Assembly (NCBI GenBank): GCA_043804965.1
Contig: JAZDIO010000219.1
Span: 1-50,974, forward strand
Source of the DNA: Candidatus Firestoneibacteriota bacterium
GTDB lineage: Bacteria > Oederibacteriota > D2-FULL-39-29
Direction of reading: 5' to 3'
DNA: 50,974 bases
Shown: positions 7,883 through 19,149 of the stretch, piece after piece
Layout of the letters: every line of letters starts with the position of its first letter
Numbering within the stretch: position 1 is the first letter of the stretch
Translations under genes and position numbers: made by a program
The notes under the pieces: model-generated
What the model saw: the letters and a program-made list of their open reading frames with translations, nothing else
Databases searched by the model: none
What the model was told of the DNA's origin: nothing

Positions 7883-9004
7883 ATGGCCATAAAAAGTTAT
7901 TTTTTAATAGTTGGTTTAACAGTTTCTTTTACTTTGTTAATTGGTTGTGCCAAAAAAGGAGAGACTGTTAAAATAGGGGTTGGGACTGCTTTAACCGGAC
8001 AAGAGAGTGCGATTGGGCAGGACATATCTCATGCCGTAGAATTGGCAATTGAAGAAGCCAACGCCAAGGGTGATTTAAAAAAGAGAATTGAATTTGTTGC
8101 TTATGATGATAAGTCTGATCCTAAAGACGCTGTGACTGTAGCACACAGATTTTCTAATAATTCGGATATAATAGGGGTTGTTGGACATCTTGTATCGAGT
8201 TGTGCAATACCGGCCTCGGAAATTTATAACAAAAATGGTTTGGTTATGATTACACCTTCAGCGACAAATCCTAAACTAACAAAGAATTCATTTAATAATG
8301 TTTTTAGAACATGTGCGACAGATGATGTTCAGGGTGTTGCAATTGCCAAATTTATTGCTAATACACTTAAGAAAAAGAAAATCGCGATTATTCACGATCG
8401 CCAGTCTTATGGACAGGGCCTGGCGGAAGAAGTTAAAAAAAATTCCATAAACCTGGGAGTAGGAATATTAGCATTTGAAGGGATAACAGTGAAGGAGATG
8501 GATTATTCGTCCGTATTAACCAAAATAAAGTCAACGAATCCGGAGGTTGTCTTTTTTGCGGGTATGTATAATGAAGGTTCGCTGATCTGTAAACAAATGG
8601 CTGATTTGGGATTAAAAGCGCTTTATATGAGCGGAGACGGTTGTTATAATCCTATTTTTATAGAGCTGTCGGGAAAAAAATGTGAAGGAGCTGTTGTTAG
8701 TTTTGTGGCTCCGCCTTTTGAGGAGATTGAAACAGCTGAAGAATTTGTAAAGAAGTTTAGAAAAAGGTTTGGAGAAATCCAAACCTACGCGCCGTATGCC
8801 TATGATGCAGCTAACCTTATTATTGAGGCTTATAGACAGACCGGAACCTCTGATAGAAAAACAATCTCTGAAACCATGAAGAAAATTAAAAATTTTAACG
8901 GGGTTACCGGGAATATTGAATTTGATGAAAAAGGAGACAGGAAACATACGAAATTTTATTTTTATAAGGTCAAAAACGGCAAGTTTCAGTGGATCAAGGA
9001 ATAG
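7883..9004 (+). CDS. Periplasmic substrate-binding lipoprotein, LivJ/LivK (branched-chain amino acid) family
   Basis: Lipobox LLIGCAK. Type-1 periplasmic binding-fold pattern (KIGVGTALTGQES..., VVGHLVSS, SGDGCYN). No permease or ATPase genes are adjacent. Confidence 0.75.
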   Translation: MAIKSYFLIVGLTVSFTLLIGCAKKGETVKIGVGTALTGQESAIGQDISHAVELAIEEANAKGDLKKRIEFVAYDDKSDPKDAVTVAHRFSNNSDIIGVVGHLVSSCAIPASEIYNKNGLVMITPSATNPKLTKNSFNNVFRTCATDDVQGVAIAKFIANTLKKKKIAIIHDRQSYGQGLAEEVKKNSINLGVGILAFEGITVKEMDYSSVLTKIKSTNPEVVFFAGMYNEGSLICKQMADLGLKALYMSGDGCYNPIFIELSGKKCEGAVVSFVAPPFEEIETAEEFVKKFRKRFGEIQTYAPYAYDAANLIIEAYRQTGTSDRKTISETMKKIKNFNGVTGNIEFDEKGDRKHTKFYFYKVKNGKFQWIKE

Positions 9005-9019
9005 GCTGCTTTTTAATTT

Positions 9020-10906
9020 ATGTGTGGAATATACGGGGTCATAAGTTTTGACGGTGCAAAAATAGAAGAGAGTTGGCTTTTGCGTATGGGTGTGCTTTTA
9101 AAACACAGGGGCCCTGATTCCTCTAACATTAAACTGTATAAGAAAAAAAATCTGTTATGTTTTCTTGGTTCAAATAGACTTAAAATAATTGATCTCTCTG
9201 ATGCTGCTAATATGCCTCTTGAAAATGAAGACGGTTCAGTATCCGTAGTTTGTAACGGAGAGATTTATAATTACCAGGGGTTAAAGCAACAACTTCAAAA
9301 AAAAGGCCACCGTTTTAAAACTAAGACTGATTCTGAAGTTATCCCCCATGCTTTTGAAGAATATAATGTGCGGTGTTTTTCACAGTTTGACGGTATGTTT
9401 TCGATCGCTCTTTGGGATGAAAAAAATGGACGTTTAGTCTTAGGTAGAGATCCAACCGGAAAAAAACCGCTTTATTATTATTATGACAGAAAGAAATTTG
9501 CGTTTGCTTCAGAGATAAAAGCACTGCTTTCACTGCCTTTTGTGAGTAAAAAAATTAATGAAAAAAAGATACCGGAATATCTGACCTACGGCTATATAAA
9601 CGGACCGGAAACTTTTTACGAGGGTATTTATGAGCTTCCGCCGGCTTCTTTTCTTGCCGTTGAGTCTGATGAAATAAATCAGGTGGAGAAATATTGGAAA
9701 CTTGAATTCAATGAAAGGAATGTTAAACATAATTATTCGTTCGCTGAAGCAAAGAAAGGCGTAAGAGATAAGGTGGTAAATGCAGTTTCAAAACGCCTTG
9801 TAAGTGATCTCCCGCTTGGGGTATTGCTGAGCGGGGGCATAGATTCTGCGATTATTACAGGTGTTATAAGCTTATTATTGGATAAAAAAATAGATACATT
9901 TACTGTTGGATTTGAAGATAATCCAAGTTTTGACGAAAGAAAACCCGCCTCTTTGCTGGCAGGATATTATAAAGCGAAACATACCGAATTGTCTGCCAGC
10001 GTAAAAGACATTTCTCTCCTCGATAAAATTGTTGACTACTATGATATGCCTTGCGGAGATCCTTCAGCTCTGCCTACTTTTATTGTATCCAAAATGGCAA
10101 GACAGAATGTTACTGTGGCTTTAAACGGTGACGGAGGTGATGAGGCTTTTGCGGGCTACGACAGGTTTAAGGCTGCGCTTTTAGCGGAAAGAATACCGGA
10201 TTTTATTTTTACTGCAGGCAGAAGGCTTTCTTCTTTTATACCTAGAACTGATGATTATCACGGGTTTAGAAACCGTTTGGAAAGATTTTTTGGAGCTGTC
10301 GGAAGCAAAGAGATAATGGTCAGGCATCATTCTTGGATCTCAGTGTTTAATAAAGAGTTGCTTAAAAAAACATATAAGAAAGCATATAAAAGTGAGAAGT
10401 TTATGTCTGAAGATTTATATTCAGTTAACCTAAAAGATCTTCCGTTGCTACATAAGCTGTTGTACTTAAATATGATGACGTACCTTCCTCAAGACCTGAA
10501 TGTCAAGATGGATAGAATGTCTATGGCTAATTCCCTGGAAACCAGATCTCCTTTTCTTGATAAAGAAGTTCTGGAAACGGCCGCGCATTTACCTCCGGAT
10601 TTTAAAATAAAAAGAGGTGTAACGAAATATGTTTTAAGAGAAGCTTTTAAAGATATTCTTCCTGAAAATACATTTTCAGCCGGAAAACATGGTTTTGGGA
10701 TTCCGCTTTCTTCCTGGTTTAAAGGCGAGCTGGGGAAATACTTTGAAAGCAAAATGCTGAATGTTAAACCGAATTGCTCGACTTATATTGATTTAGATAT
10801 TGCACGAGGGTTATATAGTGAACATATTTTTGGAAAGAGTGACAGGTCAAAAGAATTATGGCTGCTGCTTCAATTGGAGCTCTGGCTTAGTCATAATAAC
10901 TTCTAA
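9020..10906 (+). CDS. asnB: Asparagine synthase (glutamine-hydrolysing)
   Basis: N-terminal MCGI nucleophile, GATase-II domain, SGGIDS PP-loop, 628 aa. Confidence 0.85.
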   Translation: MCGIYGVISFDGAKIEESWLLRMGVLLKHRGPDSSNIKLYKKKNLLCFLGSNRLKIIDLSDAANMPLENEDGSVSVVCNGEIYNYQGLKQQLQKKGHRFKTKTDSEVIPHAFEEYNVRCFSQFDGMFSIALWDEKNGRLVLGRDPTGKKPLYYYYDRKKFAFASEIKALLSLPFVSKKINEKKIPEYLTYGYINGPETFYEGIYELPPASFLAVESDEINQVEKYWKLEFNERNVKHNYSFAEAKKGVRDKVVNAVSKRLVSDLPLGVLLSGGIDSAIITGVISLLLDKKIDTFTVGFEDNPSFDERKPASLLAGYYKAKHTELSASVKDISLLDKIVDYYDMPCGDPSALPTFIVSKMARQNVTVALNGDGGDEAFAGYDRFKAALLAERIPDFIFTAGRRLSSFIPRTDDYHGFRNRLERFFGAVGSKEIMVRHHSWISVFNKELLKKTYKKAYKSEKFMSEDLYSVNLKDLPLLHKLLYLNMMTYLPQDLNVKMDRMSMANSLETRSPFLDKEVLETAAHLPPDFKIKRGVTKYVLREAFKDILPENTFSAGKHGFGIPLSSWFKGELGKYFESKMLNVKPNCSTYIDLDIARGLYSEHIFGKSDRSKELWLLLQLELWLSHNNF

Positions 10907-11101
10907 ACCTTAAATTACGAAATAGAAATATTCAGGTTGCAGTAGATAAAAGCATGCAAATTTATTGTTTATTCAGTAAAACCAGGAATAGCTACTCTGT
11001 TTATAGCTCATTATATTCAAGTAGAGAAACCTCCGTGATCGGCTCCCCGGCCTATTTAATAATTTAGGATAGTTTAGGGATGAGACAGGGTTGTTTAGAT
11101 A

Positions 11102-11130
11102 TTGACTTTTAAATAACTTTGTGTGATAAT
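11102..11130 (+). promoter_or_regulatory. Sigma70-type promoter with extended -10
   Basis: TTGACT (11102-11107), a 17-nt spacer, then GATAAT (11125-11130) preceded by TGn. Confidence 0.55.
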
Positions 11131-11160
11131 ACCTAAAATACCTTTTGGGAGGTGTTTAGT

Positions 11161-11868
11161 ATGAAAAAAATAGTTCTGATTGCTTCAGTGATATTTGTGT
11201 CTGCTTCAATGAATGCCATTGACATATATACAAGGACCCCGAAACAAAAGAAAAGCGTTTTCAAGTCTGAAACAAAAGAAGTTACCGTGGAAGAGGCTCC
11301 AAAATATGTAGTACCAAGGCCTGATAAAACTATCTGCCCTGTAACCGGGGTTCCTATTGATGTTGATGATAATACGCCTACCTCGAGTTATCAGAATAAA
11401 AATTACTATTTCCTGAATGAAAGTGTGAAAGCCCAATTTGACAAGGATCCTTTTAATTATGCAAAATTAATTGAGACGTGTGATATTTGCGGTAAACAGG
11501 AAAAGAAGACAAGAGGAAGATCAAGTTTTCTTGATTTTAAGTATAATGGAGTAATATATCATTTTGATACAGTTTTACACAGGGAAGAATTCAAGGCTGA
11601 TCCTGCGAAGTATATAATAGGAAAAGAAAATTATGGCTCAAAGCAAAAAGGAAAAAAGAAACTTAAGCCAAAAACGCTCCCTGTAAAGCCGAAAGAAGCA
11701 GTATCTCCGGATATTAAAAATGTTCCGCCTGTTTTAAAGGAGCAAGAAGAAGCGACTGAAGAAGAAACTGAGGTACAAGAAGTTGTGATTCCTGAATCAG
11801 AGCCTGTTGTTGCGCCTGCGCCAGATGTTTCAAGAGAAGAAAAGATAGAAGAGAAGACAAAGGAGTAG
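11161..11868 (+). CDS. Secreted protein with two YHS/TRASH-like domains and a Lys/Glu/Pro-rich tail
   Basis: Signal peptide. CPVTG...YYFLNESVKAQFDKDPFNY and CDICG...YHFDTVLHREEFKADPAKY resemble YHS domains. GGAGG lies 8 nt before ATG 11161, and the ORF-track GTG 11152 overlaps that SD. Confidence 0.5.
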   Translation: MKKIVLIASVIFVSASMNAIDIYTRTPKQKKSVFKSETKEVTVEEAPKYVVPRPDKTICPVTGVPIDVDDNTPTSSYQNKNYYFLNESVKAQFDKDPFNYAKLIETCDICGKQEKKTRGRSSFLDFKYNGVIYHFDTVLHREEFKADPAKYIIGKENYGSKQKGKKKLKPKTLPVKPKEAVSPDIKNVPPVLKEQEEATEEETEVQEVVIPESEPVVAPAPDVSREEKIEEKTKE

Positions 11869-11895
11869 CTTAAGCGAATTATATGAAAAATATAG

Positions 11896-11932
11896 ACACC
11901 GTCCGCCTCTAATAGAGGCGGACGGTGTTTTC
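11896..11932 (+). terminator. Rho-independent terminator
   Basis: 15-bp perfect stem ACACCGTCCGCCTCT / AGAGGCGGACGGTGT, 3-nt loop, then TTTT. Confidence 0.8.
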
Positions 11933-11945
11933 ATGAGAGGGGTAT

Positions 11946-14900
11946 ATGCCAAAGCGTACGGACATAAAAAAAATTCTGCTTATCGGTTCAGGGCCTATCG
12001 TAATAGGCCAGGCTTGTGAGTTCGATTATTCAGGTACTCAAGCCTGTAAAGCACTCAAGGAAGAAGGATATGAAGTTGTCTTAGTTAACAGCAATCCGGC
12101 AACGATAATGACTGATCCGGAGTTTGCGGACAGTACTTATATAGAACCGGTTACTGCTGAGATGGTGGCAAAGATAATCGAAAAAGAACGTCCCGATGCG
12201 CTTCTTCCTACTATAGGAGGGCAGACGGGGTTGAATGTCGCGGTAGAACTTGCGGAAAAAGGTATACTTGCGAAATTCAATGTAGAGCTTATTGGAGCAA
12301 AAATAGAAGCGATTAAAAAAGCTGAAGATAGAATATTATTTAAAGAGGCTGTAGAAAAAATAGGTCTTTCCGTGCCTTTAAGTTTTCCCGCTTATTCGGT
12401 GGAAGATGCCGTAAACCATTCCAAGGAACTGGGGTTTCCTGTTATTATCCGTCCTGCTTTCACTCTTGGGGGCTCAGGCAGCAGTATTGCATATAATCTC
12501 GAAGAGCTTAAAGAAAAAGTAAAAGTTGGCATAGAAGCCAGCATGATTCATCAGGTGCTTCTGGAGCAATCCGTTATCGGGTGGAAAGAGTATGAGCTTG
12601 AAGTAATGAGGGATTTGAAAGATAATGTGGTTATAATATGTCCTATTGAAAATTTTGATCCTATGGGAATTCATACAGGGGATTCTGTTACCGTAGCTCC
12701 GGCGCAAACCTTGACAGATAAAGAGTACCAGATATTAAGAGATGCTTCTATAGCTATTATGAGGGAAATTGGAGTGGATACAGGAGGAAGTAACGTGCAA
12801 TTCGGCATAAATCCGGACAACGGAAAGGTGGTTGTTATCGAGATGAATCCGAGAGTATCAAGAAGCTCGGCTCTGGCTTCCAAAGCTACCGGATTTCCGA
12901 TTGCAAAAATAGCCGCAAAACTTGCAGTGGGCTTTACTCTTGATGAAATTCCTAATGATATAACAAAATATACTTGCGCGGCTTTTGAACCGACAATAGA
13001 CTACGTTGTAACGAAGATACCTCGCTGGACTTTTGAGAAATTTCCGGGGGCAGATGAGGTCCTGGGTACACAGATGAAGTCCGTCGGAGAAGTAATGGCC
13101 ATAGGCCGGACTTTTAAAGAGTCCTTTCAGAAAGCAATCAGGTCTCTTGAGATTGACAGATACAGCCTCTACTTTACAGACCAAAGGCCTTCAAAGGAAG
13201 AAATATATGAAAAACTTCGCACTCCGAATTGCGATAGGATTTATTATATCAGAGAAGCCTTTAAAAATAAAATTGATATAGAGGAAGTGTTTAATTGTAC
13301 GAAGATTGACAGATGGTTCCTTGCAAATATGAAGGAACTGGTGGACATGGAAGATATTATTGTTAACGCGAAAAACAAAAAAAAAGAATTGCCGCTTGTT
13401 ATCAGAGAAGCAAAAAAGAACGGTTTTTCGGATAGATATCTTGCAAAACTTTTAGGAATGAAGGAATCAGAAGTTAGGAAATTCCGTCTTAAACATAAGA
13501 TTACTCCGGTTTATAAAATGGTTGATACCTGTGCATCGGAATTTGAAGCTTTTACGCCATACTTGTATTCTACCTACGAAGAAGAGGATGAAGCTCTTCC
13601 GACTAAACGAAAGAAAATAGCGATTCTCGGCGGAGGTCCGAACAGAATCGGACAGGGTATAGAGTTTGACTATTGCTGCGTACATGCCGCTTTTGCGCTT
13701 AAAGAAGACGGTTTCGAAGTTATAATGATAAATTGCAATCCGGAAACTGTTTCTACTGATTATGATACTTCTGACAGGCTGTATTTTGAACCCCTGACAT
13801 TTGAAGATACTTTAAGTATTTTAAACAGGGAAAAACCGGAAGGAGTCATTGTTCAGTTTGGCGGACAGACCCCTCTTAAACTTGCGTTACCGCTCTATAA
13901 AGAAAAAATAAAGATAATTGGGACGAGTCCAAAAAGCATTGATATAGCTGAAGATAGAAAGTTGTTCGGTGCGCTGCTGAATAAACACAAGATACCTCAG
14001 CCGGAAAATGGTACTGCCAGGACTATTAAAGAAGCTATTAAGGTCGCAAGGAGTATAGGATTTCCTGTTCTTGTCAGGCCTTCATATGTTCTTGGCGGCA
14101 GGGCTATGGAAATTGTTTATGACGAAGAAAGTATGGAAAACTTTGTCAAAATGGCGATTTCTGTTTCAGGGGAACATCCGGTGCTCATTGATAAATTTCT
14201 TGAAGATGCAGGTGAAATTGACGTTGATGCAATCTGTGACGGAGAAACTACTTTTATTTGTGGGATTATGGAACATATAGAAGAAGCAGGTATTCATTCA
14301 GGGGATTCGGCCTGCGTTATTCCTGCATTTTCACTTGCTGAAAATCAGTTGGACACTATAAGAAAGTATACTTATACTTTGGCAAAAGAATTAAAAGTCA
14401 TAGGGCTTATGAATATTCAGTATGCTTGCAAGGGTGATATGATTTATGTTTTAGAGGTTAACCCGAGAGCTTCAAGAACTGTTCCTTTTGTCTCAAAAGT
14501 GACAGGAATCCCGTGGGCAAAAGTTGCTGCAAGAGTTATGTCTGGAAAAACATTAAAAGAGCAAGGAATAACAAAAGAAATTACGCCAAAACATTTTTCT
14601 GTAAAAGAATCTGTCTTCCCTTTTGTAAAATTCCAGGGAGTTGATTCTGTTCTTGGACCTGAAATGAAATCTACTGGAGAGGTCATGGGAATAGATGCCG
14701 ACTTTGGCCGGGCTTTTGCGAAGTCACAAATTGCGGCGAGCGCTTCTCTGCCTAAAGAAGGAACAGTTTTCGTAAGTGTGAAAAATAAAGATAAGAGGAA
14801 TATCATATACGTTGCTAAACAGCTGGCAGATCTCGGTTTTAAATTAATGGCCACTAAAGGTACAGCAGAAACTCTAAGCAAAAACGGGCTGGAAGTAAAA

Positions 14901-15161
14901 TTTGTTAACAAAGTCGGTGAAGGACGGCCAAATATTGTAGATGCCATAAGGAATAAAGAAGTCTCTTTGATTATAAATACTCCGACGGGAAAAGGTCCAA
15001 AAACTGATGAATACCATATCCGTCGGGCTGCTATAAATTACGGTGTTCCTTGCATTACAACGGTATCCGGGGCTCAAGCAGCTGTGAACGGGATAGAGTC
15101 TATTCTAAAAGGCGAACTGAATGTAAAGTCTTTGCAGGAGTATCATTCTGTTAAAAAATGA
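11946..15161 (+). CDS. carB: Carbamoyl-phosphate synthase large subunit
   Basis: 1071 aa with duplicated ATP-grasp halves, N-terminus [30 protein letters not shown], and an MGS-like C-terminal domain. Confidence 0.95.
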   Translation: MPKRTDIKKILLIGSGPIVIGQACEFDYSGTQACKALKEEGYEVVLVNSNPATIMTDPEFADSTYIEPVTAEMVAKIIEKERPDALLPTIGGQTGLNVAVELAEKGILAKFNVELIGAKIEAIKKAEDRILFKEAVEKIGLSVPLSFPAYSVEDAVNHSKELGFPVIIRPAFTLGGSGSSIAYNLEELKEKVKVGIEASMIHQVLLEQSVIGWKEYELEVMRDLKDNVVIICPIENFDPMGIHTGDSVTVAPAQTLTDKEYQILRDASIAIMREIGVDTGGSNVQFGINPDNGKVVVIEMNPRVSRSSALASKATGFPIAKIAAKLAVGFTLDEIPNDITKYTCAAFEPTIDYVVTKIPRWTFEKFPGADEVLGTQMKSVGEVMAIGRTFKESFQKAIRSLEIDRYSLYFTDQRPSKEEIYEKLRTPNCDRIYYIREAFKNKIDIEEVFNCTKIDRWFLANMKELVDMEDIIVNAKNKKKELPLVIREAKKNGFSDRYLAKLLGMKESEVRKFRLKHKITPVYKMVDTCASEFEAFTPYLYSTYEEEDEALPTKRKKIAILGGGPNRIGQGIEFDYCCVHAAFALKEDGFEVIMINCNPETVSTDYDTSDRLYFEPLTFEDTLSILNREKPEGVIVQFGGQTPLKLALPLYKEKIKIIGTSPKSIDIAEDRKLFGALLNKHKIPQPENGTARTIKEAIKVARSIGFPVLVRPSYVLGGRAMEIVYDEESMENFVKMAISVSGEHPVLIDKFLEDAGEIDVDAICDGETTFICGIMEHIEEAGIHSGDSACVIPAFSLAENQLDTIRKYTYTLAKELKVIGLMNIQYACKGDMIYVLEVNPRASRTVPFVSKVTGIPWAKVAARVMSGKTLKEQGITKEITPKHFSVKESVFPFVKFQGVDSVLGPEMKSTGEVMGIDADFGRAFAKSQIAASASLPKEGTVFVSVKNKDKRNIIYVAKQLADLGFKLMATKGTAETLSKNGLEVKFVNKVGEGRPNIVDAIRNKEVSLIINTPTGKGPKTDEYHIRRAAINYGVPCITTVSGAQAAVNGIESILKGELNVKSLQEYHSVKK

Positions 15162-15958
15162 GAAAAATCCGGAGAGCTGTAAAAGAAAAAGATGAGGTCT
15201 CAAGACCCCAGTCAGTCGTAGAGCACCTTGAGGAGTTGCGAAAACGTTTAATAATATCGATTGTGTCTTTTCTGGGTCTTTTCATTGTTCTAATATACCT
15301 GCCCGGTTTCACTTTTACAGACTCTTACGGTTCCCGGATAATGAAGTTTATTCAATTATATATGTTAAACAATATAAAAAATGCGATTGCTCTTAATCTG
15401 GTTTTTCTTGATCCGCTGGAACCGATTTTTACTGTGCTGAAACTTTCTTCTCTTGCGGCTCTGGTTGTCCTGGCTCCGCTATTTATTTATCAGCTTTACG
15501 CTTATTTGAAACCGGCCTTTACAAATAAGACGAGTAATTATCTTGCTGTTTTAATGTTTGGTTCCGAAATATTTTTTATAATTGGCGCAGTATTCTCTTT
15601 TTGTTTTCTTATACCGGCGTCTTTTGACATACTTATCAGTTTTGGCTTATCCACAGGCGCCAGCCCGGTTCTTAGCATGGGTAAATTCTTTGATATGTTT
15701 CTCTGGATGTTTTTGCTCTTTACTATTTCATTTGAGCTTCCGGTTTTAATCGGCGTGCTTTCTAAGGCGGGTATTGTTACCGGTAAAATGCTTTCAAAGA
15801 TGAGAAAACCGGTTTATCTTGTTCTTGTTATTTTTTCGGCTGCTGTAACTCCCGATTCTACTATATTTTCTATGTCAATACTTTCGGTGTTGTTAATAAT
15901 TTTATTTGAATTTGGAATTATCTTGTCTCATATTTTTGAAAAAGGGGGGAATAAATGA
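15158..15958 (+). CDS. tatC: Twin-arginine translocase subunit TatC
   Basis: N-terminal [10 protein letters not shown] motif and six predicted TM helices, 266 aa. ATGA overlap with carB. Confidence 0.8.
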   Translation: MRKIRRAVKEKDEVSRPQSVVEHLEELRKRLIISIVSFLGLFIVLIYLPGFTFTDSYGSRIMKFIQLYMLNNIKNAIALNLVFLDPLEPIFTVLKLSSLAALVVLAPLFIYQLYAYLKPAFTNKTSNYLAVLMFGSEIFFIIGAVFSFCFLIPASFDILISFGLSTGASPVLSMGKFFDMFLWMFLLFTISFELPVLIGVLSKAGIVTGKMLSKMRKPVYLVLVIFSAAVTPDSTIFSMSILSVLLIILFEFGIILSHIFEKGGNK

Positions 15959-17352
15959 GTGTTACAGTGCAATTTCTTGGGGCTACGCGTACGGTTACAG
16001 GATCAAAGTATCTTTTAACGGCAGAGCAAGGAAAAATATTTGTTGATTTTGGAATGTTCAGGGGAGAGGAGAATTTAACTCAAAAGAATTATGAGGAGTT
16101 TGATTTTAATCCTGCGGAAGTCCAATATGTAATTCTTACTCATGCGCATATAGACCACAGCGGACTGATACCAAGGCTTGTGAATAAAGGATTTAGAGGA
16201 AAGATTCTTTGTACAAAACCTACGATGGATCTTTGCAAAATAATGTTTCTGGACGCAGCCCATGTAGAAAGCATAGAAATAGAATGGCGTAATAGAAAGA
16301 GACAGAGGGCGGGTAAGACACTTTTACAGCCTGTTTATAACGCTCAGGATGCAGCCTTTTGTATGCAGTATTTTGAAGCTGTGGAATATAACAAATTAAA
16401 AGATTTAAAAAACGGATTTAAAGTGCGCTTTAATGATGCGGGGCATATACTGGGGTCTTCTATTATTGAGCTCTTTACAAAGATTGACAATAAAGAGAAA
16501 AAACTTGTTTTTTCGGGCGACCTGGGAAATGAGATGCAGGAAATAATCAAAGATCCGGAAAAACTTGAATTAGCGGATTATTTATTTATAGAATCAACAT
16601 ATGGTGATCGTCTGCATAAAGGGAAAAAAGAGACTTTTAAAGAGTTTGAAAATGCTATTACCAGCGCGAATAAGGATAAGGGGAATATCGTAATCCCCGC
16701 TTTTGCTGTTGAACGAACGCAGGAGATTGTATATGAACTTTCGCAAATGTATAAAAAGAACAAGCTGGATGGGTTTTCAGTCTATGTGGATTCTCCTTTG
16801 GCTATTGCTGCTACGGAAATATTTCAAGCTAATTCAAAATATTTTGATGAAGAAACAAAAAAACTGATTGAAAAAGGTTCAAATCCGTTTTCTTTTCCTT
16901 CGTTGGTTTACTGTAAACGAATGGAGGATTCGAGGGCTTTAAACGATTTAAAAAGTAATGCAATTATTGTTTCGGCCAGCGGAATGTGTGAAGCTGGAAG
17001 AATAAAACATCACCTTAAACATAACCTCTGGAGAGAAGAATGTGTTATAATATTTACGGGATATCAGGCCATCGGAACGACCGGAAGGGCTATTGTAGAA
17101 GGAGCTAAAACTGTGAAGATCTTCGGTGAAGAGATAGCTGTGAGGGCCAAAATCTTCACCTTAGGCGGATTTTCCGGACATGCAGATCAAAAAGGTCTGC
17201 TTAGATGGCTGTCCTACTTTAAAACAAAAAAGATGCAGGTTTTTGTGGTGCATGGCGAAGAGAGAAGCGCTCTTGCCTTTGCGAATGTAATACGGCAGCG
17301 GAAACATTATAAGGTGACCGTTCCGGATTTGGGGCAAAAAGTTAAGCTATGA
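15955..17352 (+). CDS. MBL-fold beta-CASP RNA-metabolising hydrolase (CPSF/RNase J-like)
   Basis: HAHIDHSG metallo-beta-lactamase motif, beta-CASP region, C-terminal GFSGHAD. Confidence 0.75.
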   Translation: MSVTVQFLGATRTVTGSKYLLTAEQGKIFVDFGMFRGEENLTQKNYEEFDFNPAEVQYVILTHAHIDHSGLIPRLVNKGFRGKILCTKPTMDLCKIMFLDAAHVESIEIEWRNRKRQRAGKTLLQPVYNAQDAAFCMQYFEAVEYNKLKDLKNGFKVRFNDAGHILGSSIIELFTKIDNKEKKLVFSGDLGNEMQEIIKDPEKLELADYLFIESTYGDRLHKGKKETFKEFENAITSANKDKGNIVIPAFAVERTQEIVYELSQMYKKNKLDGFSVYVDSPLAIAATEIFQANSKYFDEETKKLIEKGSNPFSFPSLVYCKRMEDSRALNDLKSNAIIVSASGMCEAGRIKHHLKHNLWREECVIIFTGYQAIGTTGRAIVEGAKTVKIFGEEIAVRAKIFTLGGFSGHADQKGLLRWLSYFKTKKMQVFVVHGEERSALAFANVIRQRKHYKVTVPDLGQKVKL

Positions 17353-18116
17353 GGAAAATAGTAAAAGCAAAAATACTGAGCAATAAAAAGGTTTCCAGAG
17401 AATACTGGAAAATGAAGGTTTTTGCTCCTTTAATTGCGGATATAGCTGTTCCGGGGCAGTTTTTAAATATTAAGATAGGAAACGAAAATATACCTTTACT
17501 TCGCCGGCCAATGTCCATTCATAAAATTAAACCTCCGGTTCTGGAAATTCTTTATAAAATTAGAGGGCAGGGGACCGAGCTTCTTTCACGGTATAATTCA
17601 AAAGACTACCTGGAGATTCTTGGACCGCTTGGGAACGGATTTCAAACCGAGGGTATTTATAAAACCGCGATAATTGCGGGGGGCGGCTATGGGATTTCTC
17701 CGCTGCTTGCTTTGAATGACAAGCTTCGGAAGCTGGATAAAAAAATAATAACAATAATAGGGGCAAAATCGGCAGCGTTTGTATACAAAAAAGGCTTTAC
17801 CGGAGTAAAAGTAGCTACTGAGGATGGTTCAGCCGGAATAAAGGGTTTGATTACAAAAGCTCTGGACAATGCCTGCTGTGGTTTAGAGGGAAATGCTGTA
17901 ATATTTGCGTGCGGTCCTGACAAAATGCTTAAAGCTGTCGCCGAGATTGCAAAAACGCATAATATTTCCTGCCAGGTTTCAATGGAGAATCTGATGGCTT
18001 GCGGTGTCGGAGTTTGTCTTTCCTGTGTTTGTGCCGTTAAGCAAGGATTAAAAGAAGAATATAAAAGGGTTTGTGTGGACGGCCCTGTATTTGATTCCAG
18101 GGAAATTGTATGGTAG
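17349..18116 (+). CDS. pyrK: Dihydroorotate dehydrogenase B electron-transfer subunit
   Basis: RPMSI FAD motif, GGGYGISP NAD motif, C-terminal 2Fe-2S cysteines CGVGVCLSCVC...C. Immediately upstream of pyrD. Confidence 0.85.
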   Translation: MRKIVKAKILSNKKVSREYWKMKVFAPLIADIAVPGQFLNIKIGNENIPLLRRPMSIHKIKPPVLEILYKIRGQGTELLSRYNSKDYLEILGPLGNGFQTEGIYKTAIIAGGGYGISPLLALNDKLRKLDKKIITIIGAKSAAFVYKKGFTGVKVATEDGSAGIKGLITKALDNACCGLEGNAVIFACGPDKMLKAVAEIAKTHNISCQVSMENLMACGVGVCLSCVCAVKQGLKEEYKRVCVDGPVFDSREIVW

Positions 18117-19027
18117 ATTTAAGAGTGAAAATAGGTAAGTTATTGCTCCAGAATCCGGTAATGACTGCTTCCGGGACTTTTGGTACGGGAGAAGAAATGG
18201 AGGATTTCGTTGATTTGAATAAGCTTGGAGCTGTGGTGGTAAAAGGGGTTACTTTACTGCCTAGATCCGGAAATCCAGTTCCCCGTATTGCTGAGACGTT
18301 CGGAGGAATGCTCAATGCCATCGGCCTTCAGAATCCCGGAATAGACAAGTTTATCTCCGAAAAAACACCGTTCTTTAAAAAACTCAAGGTGCCGTTTATT
18401 GTAAATATATCAGGATATGAGATTTATGAATATGGAGAACTTGCAAAGCGACTTGAAGATGTTCCCGGTGTTGCCGGAATAGAAGTAAATGTATCCTGTC
18501 CTAATGTTAAATACAGCCAAGGTTCGGTTTTTGCAAAAGATCCTAAAACAGTCGGGCTGATTACCGGGCTTGTAAAGAAAAATACTAAAAAAACTGTGAT
18601 AATAAAATTATCCCCCGAAGTTTCCGATATAAAAATTATAGCCAAAGCAGCGGAAGATAACGGCGCGGATGCAGTGTCTCTTATAAATACTATCTCCGGC
18701 ATGGCAATAGACGTAAGAACGAGAAAACCAAAAATTAAAAATATTATCGGAGGACTTTCAGGTCCCGCAGTTAAACCGATAGGTGTAAGGTGTGTGTGGC
18801 AGGTTTACAATAGCGTTAAAATCCCTGTCATAGGTATGGGCGGTATTATGAATGCAGAAGATGCCCTTGAATATCTGTTAGCCGGAGCGGCAGCTGTAGC
18901 TGTAGGTACAGGCAACTTTATTAATCCGGCCTTGACTTTGGAAATAATCGCCGGAATTAAAGAATACATGACAACTAATAAAATAGAAAAAGTTAAGGAT
19001 CTGACAGGCGGTATTACGCTGGATTGA
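18110..19027 (+). CDS. pyrD: Dihydroorotate dehydrogenase, class 1B catalytic subunit
   Basis: NPVMTASGTFG, NAIGLQNPG, NVSCPN (catalytic Cys), GGLSGPAVKPI, GIGGI-type motifs. Confidence 0.9.
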   Translation: MVDLRVKIGKLLLQNPVMTASGTFGTGEEMEDFVDLNKLGAVVVKGVTLLPRSGNPVPRIAETFGGMLNAIGLQNPGIDKFISEKTPFFKKLKVPFIVNISGYEIYEYGELAKRLEDVPGVAGIEVNVSCPNVKYSQGSVFAKDPKTVGLITGLVKKNTKKTVIIKLSPEVSDIKIIAKAAEDNGADAVSLINTISGMAIDVRTRKPKIKNIIGGLSGPAVKPIGVRCVWQVYNSVKIPVIGMGGIMNAEDALEYLLAGAAAVAVGTGNFINPALTLEIIAGIKEYMTTNKIEKVKDLTGGITLD

Positions 19028-19149
19028 CAGGGGTTAAGGCAGCGTTGGTAAAAACAGGGAAAGACTGTCTTGAGGGGTGTTAACGAAAATCTTTTTTCCT
19101 TTTCCGGCGGCATTGGAAGTTTTTAAGAAAGAAAGGAGAAAAGTAAAAG

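Noticed and set aside
7803-7892. 29-codon upstream ORF (MMEEVMSAPDIVICRLSFVIFFLRSKKWP) that spans the heptad box and overlaps the livK-like start. A 15-codon ORF at 46887-46934 shares IVIC(R/P)L.
   Set aside because: The shared peptide simply reflects the shared nucleotides. The SD signals are weak. The 46887 ATG overlaps the predicted -10 and so is probably not transcribed. The frames end differently. This is kept only as a low-probability alternative to a DNA- or RNA-level role for the box.
11026-11037. GAAACCTCCGTG, a possible degenerate fourth copy of the repeat core
   Set aside because: Only about 11-12 nt match. The flanking sequence does not reproduce the hairpin or the other domains, so this could be chance.
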